A stretch of DNA of 64,000 nt from Syncephalis fuscata S228 (taxonomy: Eukaryota > Fungi > Zoopagomycota): the NCBI GenBank assembly GCA_025786725.1, contig JAHLTZ010000062.1, forward strand, positions 1 to 64,000, read 5' to 3'. Numbering within the stretch: the stretch's first letter is position 1; each line of letters begins with the position of its first letter. The position numbers and the translations under genes are program-made. The notes under the pieces were generated by a model that searched no databases, was not told the origin of the DNA, and was given only the letters and a program-made list of their open reading frames with translations. Of this stretch, positions 11,610 to 24,444 are shown in pieces.

Positions 11610-12619
11610 TTATATATAGTTACTAACAGGTATAAGCCGACTAGAATAGCTTGTTGTAGTTTCATTTATATGGATATCAGCACTGCGGATATTGTTTGGA
11701 TCATTCATTGCTGAGGTGTCGGAGTCATTATTTATAGGTTTTTTTGTAACGTAATTCACAAGTATCGTTGATGTAATATACCTAGAAAAATGTTAGCTTT
11801 GTATAAAGTCGCATGAAATACTTGCCAGTCAACGGTATAAAATATTCTTGAGAAATCTCCTCCAACCTCGAAAACAATAATAAGGCAACAGATTACATTG
11901 CAGAGAACTATCAGGCACATTATCTGAATACCATCACGGGCCAGTTTCCTCCATGCTTCATAGCCATATCTTTGATAGCGTCTATAGGCTACAGTGCTAA
12001 AAATGATTGAAAAAAGTATGTTGCTTGGAACCATTGTGCCGATCCAGTAGAATGGGATAAAGAGATGATAGTAAGAAAAGCATCCGGCAGATTTTTCCAA
12101 TACAATGTGTGAGTAGTTGTATACAATATAAATAAAGAAAAGCTGTGGCAGAATGCAAATGGTGCCACAAATGGCTACCCAGCGTTGCGATAACAGCACA
12201 AGGTAGGCTTTGTAAAGTACAATAATGCTGTTGCAAAAGATCGAAAAGCTTACTGCCGCTACAATATACCAGACAATTATCCTGCAATTGAGATGGCTTG
12301 TTAATGATGCTATTATAAGTACCACGGCATAGCCGACGCCCAAGAATGATGGAAGAAAATAGCAGACATAAAAAAAGCCGTGTGGCTGAACTCGTATTTT
12401 CTGTGCTAGACGGATCAAATTGTAGGCAAATAAAGATCCTAGTATGGTGCTAATCGTCAACTGAAGCTGAATTCCCGCCAATCGCTGCCGAACCTCAATT
12501 TTAGATGTTTCGTGGTCTTGCGATTGACTATTGACAAAACTGAAAAAGTCTATTTCGCCGAGTGGATGCAGCGGAATACCAAATATCTTTTTGGCACCTG
12601 CCTCCCATCCAGTGTCCAT
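11610..12619 (-). CDS. 7-TM GPCR-like membrane protein of an unrecognised family (copy 1); intron 11782-11825
   Basis: Seven hydrophobic segments; motifs LHPLGE, NCR, KAYL, GC, AWxxLARDG, DW. Splicing the GC-AG intron gives an open second exon YITSTILV...VSNYI*. Confidence 0.8.
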
Positions 12620-13524
12620 AGCTTGACGTTATATTCAGGTATAGACTGAACTGAGAAATGGCTATGAAAAGTGTTGCGTATTTAGAAAATCAATGGAATA
12701 CATATTTTAGAAGGAAGACAGCAAGTAGGCCAAGGCGAATAAAGAGTAGGACTTTGGGCCACCAGTCCAAATGTTATTAATAGCACGGGATGAAGTGTTT
12801 TAAAAACCGGTTTTCGTAACACCATGAGTCATGCGATAGACCGTGTCATTCTATATCTTCCAATTCGCATGATTGCTATTAACGTTGATCAACTAGTACC
12901 CGCATCTAATTCGCAGATTTATATGCATGTCACTCAATAGATCATAAATAGATGCGTATGCGACATAATGCATTTATTAGCTAATACTGCTTAATGTCAA
13001 TAATCTATACGTTTACACTGCAAGAAATAGCTTGTCGCAGTCTATAACAAAATGTTTATCGGAATCATTAATCGCCAAACTATACTTCTGTTTAATGAAT
13101 TATTTACTAATTTGTAATTACAGTGCTGGATTGACAAATGACCGCATGGTTTCAAAAGTTACACAATATTTCTATATTCAGAATATGCGTGAGCATGCAC
13201 GCAATAGAAACGCACACCCATGATTGTCCATTTGTAATATATTACTTTTTATTTTACTATGGCCATTAAACACTTATCACGGCAAATATTTTTTTTACCT
13301 TTGTTCCATTCATTTACTGCTATAAATGTAACACTCATTACATAGACTAAGAAAAACACCATTTATTTCTCACTCAGTAGATTCCATAATATTAACCTTA
13401 TTTGTAACAAGTAAAGTGGTAACAGCTTTTTTTTACGAAAAACTAAGTGTTAAAAGTATGACAATATTAGCTAAACTACCTTTATTGCACTTATATAATT
13501 AATATTGGCATACTCCCTGAAGAT

Positions 13525-13592
13525 CCCTGAAGGGAATAAATTTAATTAAAGTACAACGAAGCTTAAATTGACCTTCGTTGATTTATGTAATT
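13525..13592 (+). repeat. Dispersed repeat beginning CCCTGAAGGGAA (possible DNA-transposon/MITE end), copy 1
   Basis: Aligns by eye with the reverse complement of 62198-62262; internal inverted repeat CAACGAAG...CTTCGTTG. Confidence 0.6.
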
Positions 13593-14266
13593 AATGAACA
13601 GTAACAACATTTTTATTCTTAGCAGCATTATTACAGTACATAATAACCGAATAAAACACTCAAAATTAATCACGTTTGTTTATCATGACAATTTCATATA
13701 GTTTATAAAGCAAAGTATAAAATTGAAATACAAGATTTATTATTAATAATAACGAACAATTGTTTAAATATACTAATTTCAGTTTTAATATGTTGTTTGA
13801 CTGATATTCCCATAACACTTTCAGTTATTTGGAAATGATTAATTGCCAGGTCAGATTATTTATAATTAGCAATCAGATTTAATTATTATAGCAATAATGG
13901 TGATATAAATATTAGTATATAAACCAGATTATTTTATTAACAGAATAAGCATATCTTATATTCAGTTGCTACTTGTCATATTACTTTGAAATTAATTTAT
14001 TCTTTACTACAACTATCTAACCAAATCTAGTAATTTTACAATATTGATAACCATCTATTAGCAATTGTAGACTTGTAGATAAGCTACTTGGTGTATATAG
14101 CACACTAACGCGGTGTTACACGAATTTACACATTGGTTTATGTGCATAAGTCACCGAAATAAAGACCAAGCCATAGTATTATTGCATAGTTGCTGACTAC
14201 CCCTTTACTTGTTCTGTACTCATTCAAAGCCATTGTTATACTGCCAATTCAATAAAAAAAGTTAGC

Positions 14267-17130
14267 ATGAGAGTGATTCCACGCGAGCTCGACAAATTGC
14301 TGCTGCATCAATTTGGCAATGTAGCGCAAAAGCGACTAGCACGCGGTCTTTTGCTAAACACGGGAGAAGCCACCGCGCTTATTGCTTCACAGCTAATTGA
14401 ACTAATGCGCGATGGAAAACATACCGTAGCAGAGCTCATGGATATGGGCAAGCGGATGCTAGGTCGTCGACACGTCCTACCGGAAGTGCCTCATCTATTG
14501 CACGAAGTACAGGTTGAGGGCACCTTTCCAAACGGCACGTTTCTCGTCACCGTCCACGATCCTATCTGTAGCGAAGACGGCGACTTGAAACTCGCCTTCT
14601 ACGGAAGCTTTTTGCCTATACCCGAAGATACTGTATTCTCCAGACTAAGCCCACTGACGGAGACACAGCTGCCGGGTGCATTGGTTGTTCGGCCGGGGCG
14701 TATCACCCTATCACCAGGCCGTCAACGCATCAAGCTTAGCGTGACTAATGCCGGTGATAGGCCGATTCAGGTATAATCCACTACGGATACAGTTACCTAT
14801 CAGTACTAATTTGGCGACATCGACTGATATCGATTTACTGATAGGTTGGCTCGCATTATCATTTTGTTGAAACGAATCGTCTGTTGATATTTGACCGAAT
14901 GGCCGCGTATGGCTACCGACTCGATATACCATCGGGTACGGCCATTCGTTTCGAGCCTGGCGATACACGTACTGTGCAGTTGGTGGAGCTAGGTGGCCAG
15001 CAAATCATTCGTGGCGGCAATCTTTTGGCTAACGGCCCAGTAACGGAGATGGGTCGACAGCAGCTAGAAACACAAATAAAAGTGCATGGCTTTGGTCATC
15101 GAGACGATCTGCGGGATGCATCTCTAACGCTATCCCCAGCAACCATGGATCGTCGGCTGTATGCCGATATGTTTGGGCCTACAATTGGCGATCGTCTTCG
15201 TTTGGGCGATACTGCGCTTTGGCTTGAAATTGAACATGATTACACAGTGTATGGTGATGAGTGTAAATTTGGCGGTGGAAAGGTTATTCGGGATGGCATG
15301 GGACAAGCCACCATTGCAACACGAGCGATGCACTGGATCTAGTGATAACAAATGCCATTATTATAGATCATAGTGGAATTATCAAAGTAAATGGTTTATT
15401 TGTTCTCAGTGAATACATACTAATTATAATGTATTATAGGCAGACATTGGTATTAAAGACGGGCTGATTAAAGCTATTGGCAAGGCGGGTAATCCCAATA
15501 CTATGGATGGTGTGACGCCAGGTATGATTGTAGGAACGACAACAGAAGTACTTGCCGGAGAAGGACATATATTTACAGCTGGGCTATTGATACGCATATT
15601 CATTTTATTTGTCCACAACTTATTACTGAGGTAAGTGTGATGTGCAGGTTTATTGATCATAATAGTAACGAATTGACTTTAAACTATATCCAGGCAATTG
15701 CTACGGGTATTACTACAATGATTGGTGGCGGTACAGGCCCCAATACAGGTACACTTGCTACAACATGTACACCAGGACAGTTCCATATCCGTATGATGCT
15801 ACAGGCTACGGATGAACTGCCGGTCAATATTGGATTAACGGGTAAAGGCAATGCCACATCGCCAATAGAACTGGAAGAACAAGTGATGGCTGGAGCTATT
15901 GGCTTGAAACTACACGAAGATTGGGGCTCAACACCGGCTGCTATCGACAACTGTTTGTCTATTTGTGATAAATACGATGTGCAGGTAATTATGGTAATTA
16001 ATCTAATTGATTTATTAATATTGATGATTATTAGACGACCATTCACACTGATACACTAAATGAATCAGGATTTGTTGAAACTACAGTGGCCGCATTTAAA
16101 GGCCGCACTATCCACGCTTATCATACTGAAGGGGCGGGCGGTGGCCACGCACCCGATATTATTAGTGTTTGCGGTGAACCTAATGTTATTCCGTCCTCGA
16201 CCAATCCTACACGGCCTTTTGCAGTAAATACGCTTGATGAACACGTTGATATGCTTATGGTGTGTCATCATTTAAGTCGCAATATCCCCGAAGATGTGGC
16301 ATTTGCCGAATCGCGTATTCGTGCCGAAACAATAGCCGCCGAAGACGTACTACAAGACATGGGCGCCATTAGTATTATTTCATCGGATTCACAAGCTATG
16401 GGCCGTATCGGCGAAGTGGTGTCGCGTAGTTGGCGAACAGCACATAAAATGAAACTGCAACGTGGCGTACTCGATGCCAACGGCGATGCAAGCAGTGGAG
16501 CCGCTGGTGATGCTAGCGAGCCACCCGTAGAAGCGGGCGCCGATAACATACGTATTAAACGCTACGTAGCCAAGTATACAATCAATCCGTAAGTTGTTCA
16601 CCACCACTACATTGATGCGCCACACTAACATTGTGCATTGAACATTAAATACTGAAAGAGCCATTGCTCATGGCATTTCGCATATTGTCGGATCAATTGA
16701 GGTGGGCAAACTTGCCGATCTAGTAATGTATGAGCCGGCCTATTTCGGTAGCAAGCCTAGTCTTATTATGAAGTCGGGTGTAATCGTATGGAGTATGATG
16801 GGCGATGCCAATGGCTCCATCTCTACAACTCAACCCATTATCGGCCGGCCTATGTTTGGCAGTTTGCCAGGTGGTGCCTCTCGTTGCAGTATGGCATTTG
16901 TTAGTGCCGCTTCATTGGAACACAATATCGTACAAACGTATGGCTTGAAGAAACGACTAGAAGCCGTAAGAAAATGTCGCGACATTAGCAAGCACGATAT
17001 GAAATGGAACAACGCTTTGCCAAAAATCGAAGTCGATCCAGAAACTTATGTGGTCAAGGCTGATGGTATTATCTGTATTTGTCCTCCTGCTATTACTCTC
17101 CCGCTTACTCAATCAGTATCGCTATTTTAA
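14267..17130 (+). CDS. URE1: Urease, single-chain eukaryotic type; about 5 introns
   Basis: [77 protein letters not shown]; first intron 14771-14844; one 1-nt frameshift near 15320. Confidence 0.97.
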
Positions 17131-17301
17131 TATACTGATTCTCCTTATTGATATTAATAAATGTAACCATTTTATAATTTTGTATAAATCTACATTAGTT
17201 TATTTCTATTTAACTTTCTTTTTTAATTCAACACTGATCATAGTTGTTTTAAAAACCATTTATTGTAATTGTAATGGTTAAGCTCTAAGTATAGCATTAT
17301 A

Positions 17302-18703
17302 CTAAGGCTGTCCGTTGTCTACTATCGCTGCCTTTTCTGCTACTCGGTTTTTGTTAATTGTATCGTATATCGTTAGCGCCTGTGCCACCATGCCACTAAT
17401 ATTTGACGTATTGGCCGGCACTACAACGGTTGTTCCTTTTTGTGCAAGCTGTCCAAATGCATCAACATATTTCTCAGCTACGGTAAGTGACACGGCATCG
17501 CGGCCACCTGGTGTCTCCTTAATGGCTCGTGCCACCTCTTCAATACCGCGGCCACAGCTTTTGCTCTCAACAATATAGCTTCCGCTTCACCAGACGCCCT
17601 ATTAATCTGCTCGGCTTTATCGGCTTCAGATGCCAGAATTGTTGATTGTTTGTGTCCCTCGGCTACATTAATGGCTGCTTGACGTGAACCTTCCGATTCA
17701 AGAATCTGTGCTCGTTTAGATCGCTCCGCCGATACTTGCGAATGCATACTCTCAACCACATTACTTGGTGGGTGAATATCGCCTATATAACATCGGTATT
17801 AATTAGTGCCTATATCCTATCACTTTAGTAATACTTACGAATTTCATAACGCAAGCACCGAATACCCCAGTCTTCGGCTGCATGATTGATGGCTTGTACT
17901 ATATTCAGGTTCAATTGGTTCCTTTCAGCCAATGTACGATCCAGTGTCATTTGGCCAATTTCTGCTCTCATCGTAGTCTGCGCAAGTTGTGCCACACTAT
18001 ATTCTGCATCCTCAACACCGTAACATGCCTAATAGCCGTATTATTAAAAAGCCATGTCAGTACAGATAAACTTACCTTAAATGGATCCACTATACGAATA
18101 TATAGCACACCATCCAGTTGCAAAGTTACGTTATCTGCACTATTATTAGTATACTAGCTTGTCATGCTAATTAACCCACCTTGCGTAATGGCACTTTGGG
18201 TGGGTATTTCAATTGCCACTTCCTTTAAGCTCTTCACATACTTGACCTGATCAATAATTGGCGTTAGAATGCCAGTCCAGGCTCTAATACTCGACTAAAT
18301 CGGCCCATACGCTCTACAATCCACGCTTCTTGTTGTGGAACGAATTTGATAATCTATAGACCATAAAAGCTCGAATCAATACAATTCATAGATTGGCTCG
18401 GAGACTTACTGTATTGACGGGTAATGAACGTCGCTGAGAGCGCCAAAATACATCACTGGGCGCGTTTTTGCCATACGGTGTGCCCGACGACATATCACGT
18501 CTTCCATTATAAATACTATTGTACTGTTGATAAAGAGCGACCACTCTAGCATTCTAATTAACCAATAAACCAATATCAAATAGTATGGTAAGTGTTTGGT
18601 TAACGATTGTAGCGCACGGTCTACTTACAGTCGGCCGCGTCATAATCCGCGTTAGAGATGCCGGGCTAGCACCTCTGGCCAGTGTGTATCTTGCTGAATT
18701 CAT
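17302..18703 (-). CDS. STOML2: Mitochondrial stomatin-like protein (SPFH/band 7, SLP-2 type), multi-exon
   Basis: Arg-rich presequence, FVPQQEAWIVERMGRF, IPTQSAIT, QVSAERSKRAQILESEG, VAEKYVDAFGQLA. Confidence 0.9.
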
Positions 18704-19075
18704 AAGCGCAATAATAAGTGCCGATAAAGAGTAGGAAGAAGTAGTGAAAAGTACGACGCACAATCAATAACTATGGCAATATAAGTCGTGGAAAATGCAA
18801 CGCACAATCAACAACTATAACCAGTACAAGCATTGATATGAGTAATCTTTAATCAGATTGTACAATTTATCCGTTTATTAGTAAAATATTGGATATGAAC
18901 ATTAAAAAGATATACTTTAATGTAAATTATATGTATACAATGGCATGATTTATTTTTCTATTATTCTATTCTAATAGATGCAAGTCTCTGTTAATGTAGA
19001 ATATAAATAATAGCTATATCATAATATAGCTAATTAACTATATACATCGTACATAATAAAAGTATAACAGCATAT

Positions 19076-19876
19076 TTATTGCTTTTTCGTTCTTTCTTCC
19101 ATCAATTCTTCAACCCAGCCTTTTACTAGTGGATGTTGGAATCGGCCTAATGTTGATGCAAAAAAGCTATCCAGTGTCTTTCCTTGTGCTATAATAACAT
19201 TAGTTTAGCTAATATGACCCGCTTGTATTATTGTTTACCTTTCTCGTATTCAAATGCTTGCACAATCATTTCATATTTATCTAAATCTTTGACAAAAAGT
19301 GCTTCGTTTGTGGTTGCTTCTTCGTATTCCTGCCACAGAGAACAAATTTCATTGGCCTGCTCTGTCTCGCCCAACATTTGACGTATCTTTCCATAGCATC
19401 CTAGTAACAATAATGATACATTAATACATACGTCTTCACTTCATCACAGCCACTACCTTTTCTAGCTTGTATTTCTCGTCTTTCGAGACACCAGCATGCG
19501 GCGTAATGTCACCCTATTCAATATACTATTATCGTTTCTATATTTATAATAAACTATTTATGCTACTTACAACAATTGCTTCGGCAAGATCATGAACTAG
19601 AGCCATTTTAACACACCTAGTATTATGAATTAGAGCGCGTTGACACGTCTCCCTAGCTTACTTATCGCGATCTAGATTTGGATCGTTTACTAGCATCGCC
19701 ATTAGTGACATGCGATGCATATGGTCTGCAATAGATTCCGGTTGCTGTACACCGTTGTCTATCCAGCCCGTCCGCTTGGTGCGCTATTCAATGCAATGAT
19801 AGGCAAAGTATTCGCATACTGCATAGTAAATTACCTTTAGATTTTCACATAGATGAAAGAATTCAAGTGCTCGCAT
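19076..19876 (-). CDS. HDDC2: HD-domain 5'-deoxynucleotidase (HDDC2/YGK1 family), multi-exon
   Basis: [43 protein letters not shown]...QAFEYE. Confidence 0.92.
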
Positions 19877-20056
19877 TTCTAATGTTATAACTGACGACCA
19901 ACTATGTAATAAAAAGATATAACCACGTTGTTAAAAGCAGTTACAATAAAAGTGAACAAAAAGAGAAATGCGTAATAATAGCCGCTTTAAAATATTTAAA
20001 ACACGTAAAATCATTTCTATTTAATAGAAATAACACTTTACTTAAAACGTATTTTA

Positions 20057-22011
20057 TTAATCATTTTTACGTTGCTGCATTAATACCATTAACTGTTGTA
20101 GCGTGTCTTGATTTCGTTGACAAACATCTGATAATTCAAAAACTTGTGCTTGAAGCCGCCTAATTTCATCTAATTGTGCTGCTGATGCCTGGCTATGATG
20201 TATACCACGATTTGCTAATCATAGTTATATTAATTAATTAAATACAAAGTATCAATATTAGTGGTCTATTAAACTAACCAGGCAGATGATCGGTCTCCAA
20301 GTCTTTTAGCGGCACCTGTAACAATAGTTAGCTATTATACTCTCGCTCTTCTATTTATCTTACATGCTGTCCAGGTAGTTGCGCCTGTCGTTCCTTCATC
20401 GCTTCCCATACAATGGTAAAGTTACGTCCAACAATAATGGATGGCAACGCAATTAACTATAAATAAAATAAGCCTTTATCTTCATTATAGTCTATTTCTT
20501 ACTAAAATTCCCATCATCATAGCCGGAAAGGCGATAACCTTGCCAATAAATGTCTGTGGTACCATATCACCATAACCAGTTGTAGTAATTGTAACCATTA
20601 CAAACCAGCATACTGCAGGAATACTATCAAATTGGCTATATAATATATTGGTTATTGCTATTAAATATCTATTATTAAATATATTACCTTGGCAATCCAT
20701 CACTAGTAACAAACATATGTCGTTCTTCATCCCATACACCTATATATATATATATATATTAGTTAATACTCGTATTTAACTATAATTATATATTACCTCG
20801 TTCGGCAAAGTACAGCAATGACGAAAAAATAATTACGGTCATAGCCATAAAAAAGAATAACGCACTAAGTGCATCTGTACTTCGTTTAATTGCCACAATC
20901 ATTACTTCAATAGATAACTACTAGTGTATTAGTTATTGAATACTATTAAATAGTAAAACTTACCTGAATTAATGAAGAGTGTTGATAGACACGGAACACT
21001 CGGAATAGACGGAATAATCGAAGAATACTCAAACGAAAAACATAAGTCTATAGATATTAATTAGTTTTATAATATATTTATACTAATCACTTACCGTATC
21101 GCTTCCCATTGCATACGCTACAATATATAATAATACAACCAATGTATCTATAATAGTCATTGGTGCTAGTGATCATTGTGATCTTTAGCGTTCTATCCAT
21201 CTACTACAAGCAATACTTACACAGCATAAATTTAAAGATACGTGCTGTAGTATCAGAGTGTGCATAGACCCGCATAGATAACTCGATGGCCAGTAGAATT
21301 ACTACAGCTGTTTCTAATGCAAACCTATTAACAGTCCCTTTATTAGTATACTATTTTAATAAATTTTACTGCTAAATAACACGATTTCCCTTTATTTAGT
21401 CTATACTCATTATAATACACTTACCAAATGGGCGTTTCACCAGATCGAAACTTTGGAATAGTTTCAACAGTTGCAATAATAGCACTCATAATAATCATGC
21501 ACACGACAAACACGCTAATAAAGAAGGCTGCTCCACTAGATGATGGATCCTCCATTAGCAAGTAAAAGCGTCGTTTCCAAATATTCTAGATGACATAACA
21601 TTAGTCTAGCATTGCTATAGCACTTGGAGATGCGCCAGTACTTACATGGATCGAAGCAGCAGTACGGTTGCGTTCGTTCAAGTCAGGAATATCCATATAG
21701 CCGCCAGTATTATCTATCTGGGCATCGAGCTGGTTTCGCGCGTCTTCATAGTCGGCCGTGTCCGTTTCCACCGGGAATAGTTCAAAGGAGCGTCCCGAAA
21801 TACGTCGCGATCGATTCGGTATCGAATGTGACGAGTAGTGCGGGTCCTGAACGGGCGATGTAGCCGTAGCGGCGCCACCCACGTCATCTATGGCCGGTCT
21901 CGGTGGGGCGGCAGCTGTGGACACTTCGCCTGTTACCTCGTTCATTTCGAGCGCAATTTCATCGTTGTCATTGCCATCGTCGTTAAGGTAACGACGATTC
22001 ACGCGCGACAT
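20057..22011 (-). CDS. Voltage-gated 6-TM potassium channel (Kv-like), multi-exon
   Basis: LMEDPSSSGAA before S1, S4 RLFRLFRVFR, pore FDSIPAVCWFVMVTITTTGYGDMVP, S6 IALPSIIVGRNF. Confidence 0.92.
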
Positions 22012-22482
22012 GCGAGTGTTTCGACGTAATAAAGCCGGAGTGTACAGTTTCACAACGTCAAAACCAACAGGTAAATAAAGGTTTATACGAGTTGGACTCG
22101 AGCTATAACGACAAAGCGCTACAAGAGATGAGAGATCAATTAATAGTGTTTAGGTGGAAGTGCAGCAATAAAGTCTCTAATTGAATATCCTCACGCTATT
22201 TGATACAGATTGTGTATGTGTGCGTGTGGGCAAAGCCGGTTGATATTGTTATTATTGCCATTGTTACCATTATTGGTATCTCAATTAACAGGCCACTATT
22301 ACATTTACACTGATTGGTTACTTTTCATGATTTACGATATTCTAAATTTATCACATTTAACAGTAATTCTACACTAACCCAGCCATTTGTTATAGTAAAA
22401 TAAACAATATATTTGTAACATTATGATTAATGGTTGATACCCGTGCCATAATTTGCATTAGCTATCGATAGGCGGATTAAAT

Positions 22483-24444
22483 TTAGTCTTTTCGTTCTTG
22501 GTGCCATTGTTCGAGTAGTTCATCAAAACGTTCGTTCATTGCCGTTTGCAAACCAAAGCTCTGTGGTGTGCTACTACTAAGCTTTTTGCTTGCTTCGAGC
22601 GCGGATAGTTTAATAGGCTTAAAATTGACGCGGCTTGTTTCGGATATCGATCCATGAGGACGGTGGCGATAGTGTGGCTGTGTGGCCTGTGTCTTTCGAC
22701 GAACAATATTGGCTGTACTGCCATTACTAGCATAGTCAGTGGCGGTCATATTGCCATTGCTAGGAACGGGTGGTAGCTCATTTACTAGTCGTTGATTTTG
22801 CAACAGGGGTGATACACCGCCGATAATGGTGGAGCGTACATCTCTTTTACGCTGTGCTGCTGAACGCTGTTCCAATGCTGCTACTGTTGGTGGTGGTGGT
22901 GGGGGTCGTAGAGGTGGTGCAGGAGTGGTGGCAAGTCTTACCGATGCAGCCGGTGCATTCGGCAGTGGTGGTACGGGAGGCGTGGCAAGTCTGGCTGGTA
23001 CGGCTGGTAAAGGCGATGTAGAAGGTGTGGCCAGTCTAGCTGGTGCCGGTTGGTTCAACTGGCTATTAGGCCTCATTACAAACATAGGATTTTCACCCGC
23101 TTGTTGCAGCTGCTGGTAGAACTTTAATGGGCGATCCTCAAGTCCAAAGTAGCGTTCTATACCATGGCATTAATGTCGACTGTTTAATAATTATTAGTGA
23201 CTTACTTCGATTGCCATGCACAATAAATAGCGCATAGTTTTTTCCATCATCAACAAGATTGTATTTCTTTAGTGCCATATCAAGGATCTGTTGACTAGTA
23301 CTTTCAAGAGTAATTCGAAGTGCTTTATAAGCTTCATTCTCACGACCAGGCAATCGGTCGCCATAAACACGAATTGCATTTGTATTTAGTGTTGCAGTGG
23401 CCGGATTCTAATGCATTATATTTAATCAATAAAAGTATTCATTAATAATGATATCATCATTGCTGTTGCTGCTTTGACTTACCGCAAAGTTTGCCAAACG
23501 AGGCTCACTCTTTAAATATGGTGAACTAGGTGTGGAATTAATAATGCTATTTCTCTCAGCTGTGGGTGACCGTGTGGCTTGTTTATCTTTTTTTATAAGA
23601 ACGGTAATGGGGAGCGTGCACTTTCTTTAATCGATCCCGAAGAAAATAGATTTAAAGCGGCAGGTTTAGCGCGTTTCTGGGCATTTGCCGCGACGACAGC
23701 AGCTGCAGTGGCACTTGGACTATTTTCACTCGATAAATTAGATACAGTGATGATTGGTGATGCGGATCCTTTGGGTATAGCCGTAATATGGGGAGAGGTT
23801 CGGGCAGACTCGCTTGTTTCAGGCTTTAGCGCATATTAGTACAAATCAATAATTGATTAATAGAAGTACTTACTCGACCTGCGATCTGGCGTAATACAGG
23901 TAACAAATGATCACGTAACATCTTCAATTCGTGACTTATATGATTAATCTCATTTGTAACTTGGCCTAGTTTTGCATCTAAATCAATATTGATTAGTTAC
24001 TTGTACATAAATTCACGTATTATTCCTCACTGTGTGATATAGCAATGGATTTACTCGTCTGGTCTTCCGTCCAAATATCTATATCTAATAGCAATATTAG
24101 TAAAATAAACTAGCCAATATGCTAACACTCTACCTTGTGGAATAAAATCATCATTATCTATAGGGATGTTGTATTCCAGCTTTAAACGATAAATGGCCTT
24201 TAATATACCAAGTCGATGGCCAACAGATAAAACATTAAGATCACGTAATGTATCGTGCATTAAATGTAAAAGTACGTCTCCGGATACCTCCTCAGCTATA
24301 TAACCATTTTATTAATGTGATTCATAGTATGTTACACACAGTACCTTCAAATTGGTGCGTATAAGTACCATAGCCATTTTGTGATAGCCAGTCGGACACT
24401 TCATAAACTGACCACTGATGTACGTATGAACTCATGGTGGTCAT
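22483..24444 (-). CDS. STE50: Ste50-like MAPK adaptor (SAM plus Ras-association domain, Pro-rich tail)
   Basis: SAM (WSVYEVSDWL...LRDLNVLSVGHRLGILKAI) and RA (YKALRITLES...ALKKYNL...YALFIVHG) domains. Confidence 0.8.

Noticed and set aside
14267-17130. Urease as a bacterial horizontal transfer
   Set aside because: Fused single-chain architecture, spliceosomal introns and no accessory operon indicate an ordinary eukaryotic gene.
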